Source: Lama guanicoe (taxonomy: Eukaryota). From it: 64,000 nucleotides of DNA. This document shows positions 51,135 to 62,520 of the stretch, piece after piece. How positions within the stretch are numbered: position 1 is the first letter of the stretch; every line of letters begins with the position of its first letter. A program made the translations under genes and the position numbers. The stretch is taken from assembly GCA_013239625.1 (NCBI GenBank), contig MU056550.1:1039720-1103719 (forward strand), given 5' to 3'. The notes under the pieces were generated by a model that saw nothing but the letters and a program-made list of their open reading frames with translations, had not been told where the DNA came from and made no database searches.

Positions 51135-51534
51135 GTAAGTCGGGGGAGGGGGAGGGAATCCTTCCGCTTATTAACTCTGAGAACCAACTGCTCACTTCCA
51201 TTCTTGCACCTACGCTACTGTTGCTAGTATGACCTAAACTCCAGTGCGATGTCATCTCTGCCAACTCTTCCCACTCTAAAGGGAAAGGCTGTAGGGCTTT
51301 GGGGACATAGGGCACCATATGGCTCTCTCTGCTCTCCAAGTCCTCCCTCGTCTCATCTAGTTGGACAGAGGTCACAGGTCCGGCCCTAGGTTCTGGGCCC
51401 ACCACTCAGGATTAAATTTACCCTTCTTTTCTTTAGATGGGTTGCAAGTATAGCCCTCTAAAAGGTACTGTGCAGAACAAAAATATGACAAACTCTTTGC
51501 TTTTGTATTTTGTGATATCTCGAGGTTTTATGAT

Positions 51535-51900
51535 TGTTATCTGTCTCAGGAATCCCCAAGACCACATTCAGACTTGATTATTTGCTAGGAGGATTCACAG
51601 GACCCACAAAAGGTTATAGGTTATTTCAGCAAAAGGATACCCATTAAACTCAGCAAAGGGGAAAGACGCATGTGGCGGAGTCCAGGAGAGAGCAGGTGCA
51701 AGCTTCCAGCTGTCCTCTCCCAAGGGAATCACACGAACAGCACCTACTTCTCCCAACACTGATGTGTGACAGCACATGAGAAGCATTGCCAACCAGAGAA
51801 GTTCACTCAAGCCTTGGTTTCCAGGGTTTTACTGGGCGGGGGAGTCACATAGACCAGAGCGCCCACGTGACCTACTTTAACCTACATGGTGACCTACATG
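51535..51900 (-). mobile_element. MER21/MER77-like ERVL LTR fragment
   Basis: ccccaagaccac...cagcaaaggggaaagacgcatg...gcaagcttccagctgtcctctcc...ccagggtttta. Family and orientation assigned from memory. Confidence 0.65.
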
Positions 51901-52814
51901 GAGAGGGCTGGGGGTGTAGGTAAGGAGTTTTGCTGGGAGTCTATCTCTTTGTTAAAACTTCTTACTGAACTATAATACGAATACAGAAAAATGCACATGG
52001 TAAGAGGACAACTCAGTGAACTTCCACAAACTGAACAGACCCGGTGGCTGGCACCCAGATCAAGAAACAAAATCACCAGCACCTCAACCCCAGACATGCC
52101 CTTTCAGCCATTACACCCCAAGGATAACCACTATCTGAAATAGAACAGACTAGTTTTCCCTTGATTTTATGCTTTATATACCTGGAATTATACAGTATGT
52201 ACCATCTGGTGTTTAGCTTCTTCTGTTCAGTGTGTTTTGTGAGATTCATCATGTGTAGTTGTAGATTGTTCATTCTTGTTGCCATAGAGTCTTCCGCTGT
52301 GGCAGTGAACCACGATGAATGTATCCATTCTATTGCTGATGAGCATTTGGGTCGTGTCCAATTTGGGGCTGTTACAAACTGTGCTGCTAGGAACATTCTA
52401 GTAACATGTCTTTCCATGATTGGCAGGATATATACCCAGTACTGCCATCACATGGTGTATATACATATATTTAGCAGTAGAAGTATATCTGTTTTGTAGG
52501 TCAAAATAAACCTGGTGCTTACCTCCCCCTCCTAAGCCAGCTCAGGAGATACTGGAAGATGAGCTCCATGCTCCCAGTTACAGTGCTTCAGCTCCCTTCC
52601 CTCTAATCCAGCTATTCCCTGTGCTCAAGGAAATGGTTTCTTCAGGGTACCAGTTACAAATGGGGTGCAAGTCCTGAAAGGGAAGGAAATGCTTCCAATT
52701 TTTAGGAACCAAGGTTTAAACGTTCAATTCTGTCCACTTTCCCCGGCGTTTTCCTTTAAATCAGCAGGCATGATCAAAACCAAACACTGACTCCTCTTCT
52801 TCCTCTCTCTCCAG

Positions 52815-52888
52815 GAATGTTACCGATCAATTCTCAGTTCAATTACCCCCTCTGCCACCCCGGGGTAAGCTTTCTCCAAAAGATGCTC
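52815..52888 (+). CDS. SCIMP: SCIMP exon 4 (completes YENV; proline-rich SH3 ligand)
   Basis: tcctctctctccag|G AAT GTT...GAT GCT C|gtgagt = ENVTDQFSVQLPPLPPRGKLSPKDA. Confidence 0.95.
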
Positions 52889-52943
52889 GTGAGTATTTTG
52901 CTGATAAGAGTCTCATTCAGGATAAGATAACAATTTTATCTAG

Positions 52944-53308
52944 GTGTCTTAGTCAGCTCAGGCTGCCCATAAAACAGTAACACAGAAAATATGGCTTAAA
53001 CAACAGTAACTTTCTCACAGTCCTGGAGGCTAGAAGTCCAAGATGAAGGTGCCAGCCAATTTGGTTTCTGATGAGGACTCCTTATGGCTTGAAGATAGCA
53101 GCCTTCTCACTATGTTCTCACACGGAGGGGAGAGCGCTCTCTGGTGTCTCTTCTTAAAAGGGCACCAATCCTATTGGATCAGGGCCACAGTCTTATGACC
53201 TTCCTTAACCTCCATTACTTCCTTAGAGGCCCCACCTCCAAATACAGCCACACTGGTGGTTAGGGCTTCACCATATGATTTTTGTGGGGACACATTCGGT
53301 CCATAACA
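52944..53308 (-). mobile_element. MLT1A-like MaLR LTR
   Basis: tgtcttagtcagctcaggctgcc...ttctcacagtcctggaggctagaagtccaagatgaaggtgccagc...acacattcggtccataaca. Confidence 0.85.
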
Positions 53309-53829
53309 CTGGAATTTGCAGATGGCAGCAACCTGGTTTAAACAGATGATTAAGTGTAAAGGGGACAGTATAAGTACCAATGCTCCCAATATTCAATGTG
53401 GAAATTCATATTCAAATTCCAGCTTGGAGCAGAAGTAAAAAGGAACGTGGGGGTGGGGGGTCACTAGGTCTCTCCCACTTCCTATCAGAAGAATTCTGCC
53501 TGGTTCCCTTGGCTGGAATGTTCTTCCTTAAGCTCTACACAGAGCTGACTTTACCTCACCCTTCAGGTTTCAACTCAAATGTCACTACCTCAGAGAGGTC
53601 ACTCCTGATCATCCTATCTAAAGAAATCCTGCTAATTTTCTTTATGAAGCTCATGGCAATTACCCTAAGTGGTCATTATCACCTAGAATGTAATATAAAC
53701 TTGAATACAAATTCTAGAAAACAGATGCCTTTCTTGTCCTGTTTACCACTGTTTACCCACCACTAAGAACAGTGCCTGGAGCTTCACAGATAATAAACAA
53801 AAATGTTTTGATTCAGCGAGTGAAAAACA

Positions 53830-54060
53830 ATATTAGCTAACACTTCTTGAACAGGTACTGTGTGTCAGGCCCCATGGTGGGCACCTTCTAGGCGTTATCT
53901 CATCTAATCCTCTCAACAACTCTATGAGGCTGGTACATAATTATGCTCCTCTGGTAGATGAGGACCCTGAGGCACAGAGAAATAAGTGACTTACCCATAG
54001 TCACACAGCTAGTGACTGATGGAAGAACATGAACTTGGATCTGTCTAACTGCAGAACTTT
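53830..54060 (-). mobile_element. MIR SINE
   Basis: ctcatctaatcctctcaacaactctatgagg...gatgaggaccctgaggcacagagaaataagtgacttacccatagtcacacagctagt. Confidence 0.8.
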
Positions 54061-54692
54061 GCAGGAAATGAAATAGTGATCATTTTTCAGGATCTCTTAG
54101 GAACAGGTGAGAGTGTGGTGAGGCAGTTCCAGTCTCCATCAAAGGTGGAGCTGAGCTGTTTCATTGTCGTTTTCCTAATATGTTCGCCCATTTGCTAGGC
54201 ACCCATCCTCCACTAATCCCACTTTTTGAAAACACCACTGCCTCTACCTTAGCAAAGAGATGACAGACATGAGCAATTATGGATAGTTCTGGAAAGCAGT
54301 ATACGTCATTGTGAGGGATTATCCCAAAAGGAACTATGGCTTGTATCACTTCCTTATGAGAATTAGGATCTGTAGATACAACACCACTCATTTGGCTACT
54401 AGCTCTGATCAGTTTCTTGTCTACACTTCTGTTTCATGGTTCTCACTGCAGTGCAGTCTCAGACAGAAGGACATGGGAGTCAAGACATCTGACCCATATT
54501 TGCCACTGACTCACTTGGGTGGGCCTGAGACTGTATCATGGCCAGGTCTCAGTTTCCTCTGTAAAATGGGGATCTGGTCCACCAAGAAGTGGGAGGATCA
54601 TCAAAACCCATGAAAATGATGCAGAACCACTTGGTCAAAAATATACAAACATACAATAGCTTTGCATCTAATACTTTTTGTGTGTATTCTAG

Positions 54693-54901
54693 CCCCACAG
54701 GAAACCCCAAGTCAGCCACCAGCTGCCTACTCATCGGTAAAAAAAGTTAGAAATAAGAAGACAGTTGCTGTCCCAAGTTATATTGAGCCTGAAGCTGACT
54801 ACGATGACATTGATATCCCTGCAAATACGGAAAACCATCATCGTGAAAAAAACGTTACTTCTTTTTGGCAAGCGGAAGAGGGTTCACACAGCTTATTTTA
54901 A
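54693..54901 (+). CDS. SCIMP: SCIMP exon 5 (terminal coding exon; YSSV and YDDI motifs)
   Basis: tgtgtattctag|CC CCA CAG...TTT TAA = [68 protein letters not shown]. Spliced CDS is 118+61+74+209 = 462 nt = 153 aa. Confidence 0.96.
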
Positions 54902-56349
54902 AACAGTCAAGAATGGTTGAACTTCAGTAGGTACCCAGGTCCCGAAAGCCAGTGGTCCTGTTATGAAGCTCTGTAAGATAAGCACTTCCTGAATCTTAGA
55001 AGAAGGGGCAGCAATCCTGACTCAGCCCTGAGAATGGAGAGGAGTCAGGCCTTGAACTTCTGCTGAGGGAGGCTCCAGGCGGAGGACCACTGGCTTCCAA
55101 GGCTCCTACCTGTGAGAAACTACTCAGTTCCTGGCACTTGTCCCCCTTTTCCCTCCCCTGTTTGTGTGGCTCTAAATGATCTCAAATCTTGGCGTTTGAC
55201 TGTGCAGAGCCTCCCAGTCTCCCATCCCCAGCACAGCCCCCACCAAGCACATGTCTTATTCCCACGCACCCCATCCACCTCACATGTTGAGAGGCTGTGG
55301 GTGGCGGTTACAGCTGAGCACTCTTTTGCGCAAGTCACACGTCACGCCTTGTGCGTTGGTCAAGGGCAGGGGAGGACTTTTCGTTCTTGCAAATCCTCCC
55401 CACCTACACAACCCCCGAACCCCCAGAGCCTCTCTGTGACCTTGGCAAGACTGACCACAGCGATCCAAGTTCTCACCCAGGGCTCCTCCTGGGCTTCCCG
55501 CTGCACCAAACAATCAACACAGGACAGAAGTCACCTTCTGGACCAAAGGACAGAAGTTACACATGGAGCTGTCATTTTGCAATACATGTATTGGCGGAGC
55601 TACAGGAAAAAGGTTTCCCTGGGAAGAATCATGGGAACAGGAAAGAAAGGGGAGATTAAATGGCAGATTCAAGATGAGAGTTCTGGGGACTTAATACCCT
55701 CCACCATAATTTTCATTATTGCTTCCTCCCTTGTGTAGAGTTCCAGGCAAACAGTGTCATGCCCCTCCCTGCCTGACTCCTGTCCCTGAGCTGCTGGGAG
55801 GCAGAAGCTCCAGTGCGATGTGCTGCAGCTAATGAGATGCCCGGCGAGTGGGCTGCTGTTCTGTCAAACAAGTACCCTAGTGGGGTCCCGAGGCCCGAGT
55901 CAGCTTTGTAGGCCCCTGAACCTCATCAGTTCCTTCAAGTTCATCTGATGGAGCCTGAGGACTTGACACTTTCCCAAGCAGACTCACAGGATGCTGAATT
56001 CTAAGCAGACCCTGGGAAATGCAGCGAACAGGCATGCAGGGAGAGCGCCATGAGCTGTGCAAAAGGCCCAGGAGCGTTCCTTGGACTGAGCTGCTGGACC
56101 CGTGGGGACATGAGCACCCTCCCAGGTTCTCTCTTCCTAGACTCCATGGAGACTTCCAGTTTCTCATAGTACCTCCTTATTTTAGGCCAGTGATTCTTTA
56201 CCTGTGGCCTTATGGACCTCTGGTACTCCACTATCCAAAGAGAGGACTTTTCCTAAATTACAGAGAGAGAGAAAGAAAGAAAAAGGCTAAAGGATGAAAT
56301 GTTTTACGTGCATGCTTTCCTCTTACAAATTCTCTGTAAACCATCCACA

Positions 56350-57760
56350 TCTATAGCAAAAGATGAAAGCACATACAATCAATGTTAACTCCTCCTTGGT
56401 TTCTGGGACACCATCTTCTGGTCCTCCTCCTGCCTTTCTAGCCTGTATCGGTCTCATTTGTGAGCTTGCATCTCTTGGAAACATCTCTTCAATGGTAGTC
56501 TTTCTCAGGGTCCTCATCTCGCTCCTAACACTCATGAGTGACCTCATCAATGCCCACGGGCTCAGTACCCCTCTTTTCTGATGACTCCCAATTGCAGGCT
56601 CCAGCTGAACTCTCTCTCCCCAGTTCCAGACCATGTTGCCCCAGGACATCGCCATATGCCTCTCCCACAGGCCCCTCAAGTTCAACATACACAGAGGGAA
56701 TTAATTACCCAACTCCACTTCCAAACTTCTTGTGCTCTGCTGTCTTCTTAGTTGGTGAACTCAGAAATCAGCATGGGTCTGGAGTCCTTTCCAGTGTTCC
56801 CCACCTCCTGTTGATTGTGCCTCTCAAGTAGCTCTCTGATCAGCCCACATTTCTCATTGGCTGTTCAGTTTGTGCCTCTCAAGTAGCTCTCTGATCAGCC
56901 CACATTTCTCATTGGCTGTTCAGTTCCTAGGTCCTTGCCAGCACTTGGCAAGAGAACACCAGCAGCCTCCCAGTTGGCCTCCTACCTCTGGTGTCTCAGC
57001 CTGCAATCCCCCTTCTGCATCGCAGCCAGTGACCTTGTAAAGTGAACATCTGACCGCTTCATCCCCTTGCTTAAATCTCTTTACCCATTAGCATCAGAAA
57101 AAGCCCAAACTCCTTAATCTGGGTTACCAGATTTGTCAGGATCTGGTCAGCAGTTATCTCTTACCAATCTCCTTCCCCACTGCCTTGTAACTGTACTCCC
57201 CCAGAGTTTTGCTCCAGCCATTTCAAATGACTTTGCCCATGGCCTCTCTTGCCCCTATGACTATGCACAGTCCTGCCCCCACGGTCTGGAACATTCTTCC
57301 CCACCTTTTGATCCTTCCCATCTCTGCTTAAATCCTTGCCTCACCACTCCAAATTCGGGTCCGGTGCCCTCATAGAGGCTCCCCTCTCATAGCATTAGCA
57401 TGCTGTAATTACCTGCTCACCTGTCTTTCTTCCCCACTAGACTGAAAGCAACACGAGGGCGGAGACTGTCTTTCCCCCACTGCTTTCTCTGTTCCTAGCA
57501 CAGTGCCCTGGACCATTGTAGATGCTCAGTAAATATGCTGAATAAACGATCAATTGAATGAGTGAATGAATGACTCCTGGACTTGGCCCTGGAGAAACAC
57601 TTCTCCTTCTGCATTGTAACTGCCTGGTTACTTTTCCATCCTCCTTCCTGATCTGGGGGCTCCTTTTCAGTGGAAGCTCTCTGGCTAACTGCTATATTCC
57701 TAGTGTCCAGCTCAAACCCTGGCACATAGTAGGCACCTGATAAATATTTACTGAATGTTG
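56350..57760 (+). mobile_element. L2 LINE fragments
   Basis: gtgacctcatcaatgcccacgg, gatgactcccaa, tccccactagactgaaagc, and the L2 3' end tcagtaaatatgctgaataaacgatcaattgaatgagtgaatgaatg. Confidence 0.75.
56815..56924. repeat. Perfect 55-bp tandem duplication
   Basis: ttgtgcctctcaagtagctctctgatcagcccacatttctcattggctgttcagt occurs twice in tandem. Confidence 0.95.
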
Positions 57761-57926
57761 GACATTTATGGAAAAATCTACCAGTCTGACAAATCATTTT
57801 CCTCTGGGTGTGTGTAACTTGGTTGAAATTTTATACTGGGTACCTGTAATAAAACCGCATTTTCTGCCAACAAAATTTTTTCCAGTTTGGATGATAGAAT
57901 TAAATATATTAAGATTTCACAGGACC

Positions 57927-58090
57927 TTTTTGTGTATTCTAGCTCCTCAGGAAACCCCAAGTCACCCACTAGCTTCATGCTCATGGATAAATTTAGAAAT
58001 AAAACACTTCCCCACCTGAGCTATTTGGAGCATGAAGATGAAATGTTAAAAACCTTACAAATATGGAAAACCATCATTTTGAAGCAACTC
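57927..58090 (+). pseudogene. Degenerate duplicate of SCIMP exon 5 (possible alternative terminal exon; ORF 57943-58019)
   Basis: tgtgtattctagctcctcaggaaaccccaagtcacccactagct versus exon 5 tgtgtattctagccccacaggaaaccccaagtcagccaccagct. The copies also share ttagaaataa and ggaaaaccatcat further on. Confidence 0.85.
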
Positions 58091-59625
58091 CTGCTCCACC
58101 ACCTTAACTGATTTGAGAACTGTTGGTCAGCAGTTATCTCTTTACGACCATGCCACGAATCAGGGGGTGATGCACCCAAAGCCAGGACGGCCACAGGCCC
58201 TGAACTTTAGGCCTGAGATCAAAATGGAGCCTCCTTGCTCTCACCCTGCGGGCCGGCAGACCTGGGTCTGCAGGGCCAGCTCCACCTCACCCGCTCACCC
58301 ACTTCCTGGGAAGAAGAAATGGAGGGGTACTGGGTCAGCAATGGGGGTTGGAGCCATGTCTCCCTTTTGAGATAAAATAACTCCACCTGTATTCACAGCA
58401 AATGCCAGATTCAATTCAGTCACATTAGTTCCTCCCCTCTCCTGCTCATGGGGAGAGAAAGGGACGCGCCTCTGTGGAAACTGAGGATGACTCCCTCCTG
58501 ACTCAGGATGACCTTTTCCCGACTGTGCTCTGTGGCCAAGGAGCAGGGGTCAGAGCAGTGTCCTGGGGGTCAGCCCAGCTCTGCCTCCCTCATGGGTGTT
58601 CTTCACCCCCCACTCCAGTATGTACTCCACTCTTTCCAGCAAAAGCCCCAGATTTTCCTGTTGGATCTGCTTCTTTCTCTTGTCAGTTGGTCCAAATTCT
58701 GTACAGCCTCATCCTCAACTCAGGCTGGAGCATGTGACCCAGCCTGGCCAATCGGAGATTTCCATTCCCTTGGCCCCAGTGACTGATTGGTTGATGCTCT
58801 GAGAATCAAGGCAGGAGTCCTCTCCCACTGGCTCTGAAGTTGAGGGGATATAAATTCTCAAGGTAGAACCTGTCACAGAGGATGTGGAGCTGAGCTATGA
58901 AGACAGTCCAGATCCTACTGGCATTGTTTGAGCTTCTGGAAACAGCCATGCTTGAAACAGGCATAATCTCTGGGTTTTTTAGTTCTTTGAGCCAATATTC
59001 TTTAAAAGCCTTCAACTCTGCCCCTTAAGGCTTATCCCCACCATCACTGCCTATTTTCAGTCTTGTCATCTTTCATCTGTCTTAATGCAAACGCCTCCTG
59101 ACTGTTCTCTCCTTCTCCAATACATCTCCCATGTACTGTCAGAGTGAACTTTCTAAGATGCAAACCTGATTAGATCACGGCCCTGCTTAAAATCCTTCAG
59201 TGGGACCCCTGTGCCTACAAAGATAAAATCCACACTCCTCAGCACAGAAGGCAAGGCCCTGATAACCTGGTCTCCACAGGCCTTGTTTCAGCATCTCCTG
59301 TCCTCCCCTCATGCATCCTGGCCACAGGAAACCGCTTGCAGCACCCACCCACCACCAAGCATCAAAATGGTGCTAAGGTTTTGTACATTCTCTTCCTTCT
59401 GCTGGGAACACCTTCCTTCCTCCTCCACCTGATAAACCACGACTCACCCCTCAGCACCCAGCTGGAGTGGCGCTTTCTCTGCGAGGGCTTTCCTCGCCGG
59501 GTCAGCAGCAGCCCCACCTCAGCACTCCTCTGAATACTTATCATGGTGCATAATTAGCCCCATCTCGGGGTTACACAGCTCTTTCCCATTAGACACTGGG
59601 TTCCTTGAGGGCTAGGATTATGTTG

Positions 59626-59759
59626 TAGGGTGACTCTACGTTCAAGTTTACCCAGGAGAGTTTCGGCTTTTGTTTAATATCTTGGTATAATTATTAATAG
59701 TACCCCCTTTCACTCTCAAAAGTGTCCTGGTTTGGATGATGAAGTATATTTTCACCCTA
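59626..59759. mobile_element. MER94/MER81-like hAT-Blackjack MITE
   Basis: Terminal inverted repeats tagggtga ... tcacccta spanning 134 bp. Confidence 0.7.
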
Positions 59760-60019
59760 CTTATTCATGATCAGGTCAGTGCCTACCCTCAACAGAGTGA
59801 GTGTTAAAAAGATACCTTTCTAGTGATTGTATGAATACATGACCCTCTCTAGATCTTATTTTCTTCTATCAAAAAAAAAAAATAGCTGAATTAGATGACT
59901 TCTTAGCTATTTACTGCTTGAAGTGATTCAAATAAAGTCAGTAATCCAAAAGGCTAGAACCAGCAGATTTAGCTTATCTTCCCCACGAAAGGACCTGCCA
60001 TATAGAATTACACCTTCAT

Positions 60020-60270
60020 GTCTAATATAGGCAAATTCACAGAGAGATTAATTTGCAAAGTAAATTAATGGTTGTCTGGGTCTGAGAGGAGGGCGAATTG
60101 GGACATGACTGCTAAACAGGTTTAGGGTTTCTTTTTGGGGTGATGGAAATGGTCTAGAATTATATGTGGTTATGGTTGCATGACATTGTGAATATATTGG
60201 AAGCCATTGAATTGTCCACTTTAAAATGATTGAATTTCATGTTATGTCGATTTGACCTTAATGAAAAAAT
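60020..60270 (+). mobile_element. L1MB-like 3' end
   Basis: gtttctttttggggtgatggaaatggtctagaatta...gccattgaattgtccactttaaaatg. Confidence 0.8.
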
Positions 60271-61611
60271 ATTTTGTTAGATTTTATCAGGTTTTTTTTC
60301 TGACATTTACTGTGATGATTCAATGAAAAAATTCCCTTGATTATAAATGTGTTAAATGTTAATACATTTAAGTCATACTTATACTCCTGAAATAAACCTA
60401 ATTTGGTGTTTAACAAAAAAAGAATTACACCTTCAAACATACTCACACCTGGATCAACAACTTTAGAGACCATTACCTGCTGAGAGACAGCAGATCTTCC
60501 CCCCAGCTGAAGACACAGTTCTCTCAGTTAGCCCTGCTAATAGCTGGATAATCTCCTAGCAACAGACAAAAACCAATTCCCATTTGTTCTTATGATGTGC
60601 GTTGCATCAACAGTATTGTTACTGCTCAGACATGACTCCTGACTCATGGTGTGCTTCAGTTTCTAACCTAGTTCACCTTCTCTGCATACCTGGGCCTGGC
60701 TGAGCAGCAGAATAAAATCCCACCCAGGTTAACATTTGGTTGCTGAAAGCCCTCAACCATAAGTAGGCAGGTAGCAGCTGATTGTGGTCCCTTTGCATTT
60801 TACTAGAGCAGAGTGTGCAAAACACTATGTGAAAAACCATTGCAAGAAACAGCTAATTAATACTCTTGCCTCTTGGTCCTTCAACCTTAGACGTCAGTTT
60901 TTGTATTTACCCACATCTCATTGCTAAAATATAATGCAGGTAAAGTATTAGATCAGCTACACTTGCATAATTTAAATTCTCTACAGTTATAAGAAAAATC
61001 TGAGTTTCTTGAAATAAACTCTCACTTATAAAGAGACCTATAAACTAACAGCTTTTGAATTATTTAAAAAAAATTAGATGCCTCAGCATTTTTTTTACAA
61101 ATTGGGTGTCAGAGGAACATGGTTTAGGTTTTAACCAAAATTGCAGAAGGTAATCTTAAGAAAAATGAAATTCCCCTGATGGTTAAAAAAAAAAGTTTAT
61201 TTGCATAACTTGTACACTTCTACCTCCCACGAGGCACCAAACAAAAATAAATTTTCCGATACATTTAATGTTGACACTCTACAACTCTATTTTGGGTGGC
61301 CAAGAAAAAAACTTCTTCCTTTGAGTACACTGAAAATAAAATTACCTTGAATTTCTCACTATTGTTTAGAAAAGATATTCAATACTTCATAGATCAAATT
61401 TCTGTTGTATCACTAGCTTAGTTTAATAAAATTCTATAATTCTTTAGTTTCAAACTTGCCTGAAAACAAAACTCACAACTACATACAGATTTTTTTTTTT
61501 AAAGGTCAGCTTTAGCCACTTTGGGGAGCAATTTGGCAACGTCTAGTAAAATTGAAAATGTAGGCACCCTATGTGACCCAGCAACCCTACTTCAGAATAC
61601 ACATACTAGAA

Positions 61612-62069
61612 CAGTAGCTTTCAAACTTTCTGGTACCAGTCTCCAACATATTCTTAAAAGTGACCAAGGACACCAAAGAGAATTTTGTTTATGTAGAAGA
61701 TAATCTGTTGATATTTACCTTTGGAAAGTAAAAGTAAGAAAGATTTAGGATGTTTATTAATTCGTTCATATTAATGTAAATAATTTTAATTAAAATAATT
61801 ACATTTCCCAAGCCAAAAAAAAAAAGTGAGAAGAGTAACATGGTGTTACATTTTTGTGACTCTCTTTAATGTCTGGCTTAATAGAAAATATCTGGATTCT
61901 CATATCTGCTTCTGCAGTCACTTTGTTGCAAATCAACATATGGAGCCTCTGGAAAACCCCATTATACATTCAGGAGAGAGTAAGCATGAATAGGGGAAAA
62001 TAACATCTTAGTGTTATTTATAAACATAGTTTCAATCTCATGGCCCAGACCACATTTTGAGAACCACTG
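61612..62069. mobile_element. hAT-Charlie-type DNA transposon remnant
   Basis: Ends cagtagctttcaaactt and cacattttgagaaccactg form imperfect terminal inverted repeats. Confidence 0.6.
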
Positions 62070-62504
62070 TCCAAGAGAAACTCAAGAACCCGTACAAAAA
62101 TGTTCTTTCTGGTATCAGTCTGTTATAAATGGAACTTACATATCCGTCCATCTATAAGGGGTTATGAGACCCATGGGGGCTGCACTTTTGCTACTTTGCT
62201 CATCTCCTTATTTCCAGTGACCCACAGAGTGGGTGCTCAGTAACTATTTGTGTAAGGAGGGAAGGAAGTGAGAGACGGATTGAGGGAGAATGTATGAATA
62301 TTGTTCTGCAATTTGCTTTGAAATTTAACTGTATTTTGTGGACATCTTTTCACAGATGTAGACTTTTAGTTCACAGGGTAGAAATGGCCAAAACACCATG
62401 TGATTCTTGTATAACTAGTAAGCTTCTTTCTTTCTTTCTATTGTCTAAAAATAAAATTGTATTTAAGGAGTTTTGATCTGTTAATCACCACGGGCTACAA
62501 ACTA

Positions 62505-62520
62505 CTGCCACCTAGCGGTG
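62505..62520 (-). promoter_or_regulatory. CTCF motif (reverse orientation)
   Basis: Reverse complement caccgctaggtggcag matches the CTCF core. Confidence 0.65.

Noticed and set aside
54693-54700. Alternative acceptor cag at 54698-54700 in SCIMP exon 5
   Set aside because: It shifts the frame by 8 nt. The first AG gives the conserved frame and nothing supports use of the second.
54830-54901. SCIMP C-terminal extension relative to human ([22 protein letters not shown])
   Set aside because: As I recall, mouse SCIMP also ends in a FWQAE-type tail, so this is probably ancestral with human truncated. Not verified by alignment.
55112-55738. 208-aa ORF after the SCIMP stop
   Set aside because: Starts at GTG, has no recognisable domain, and lies in the presumptive 3'UTR.
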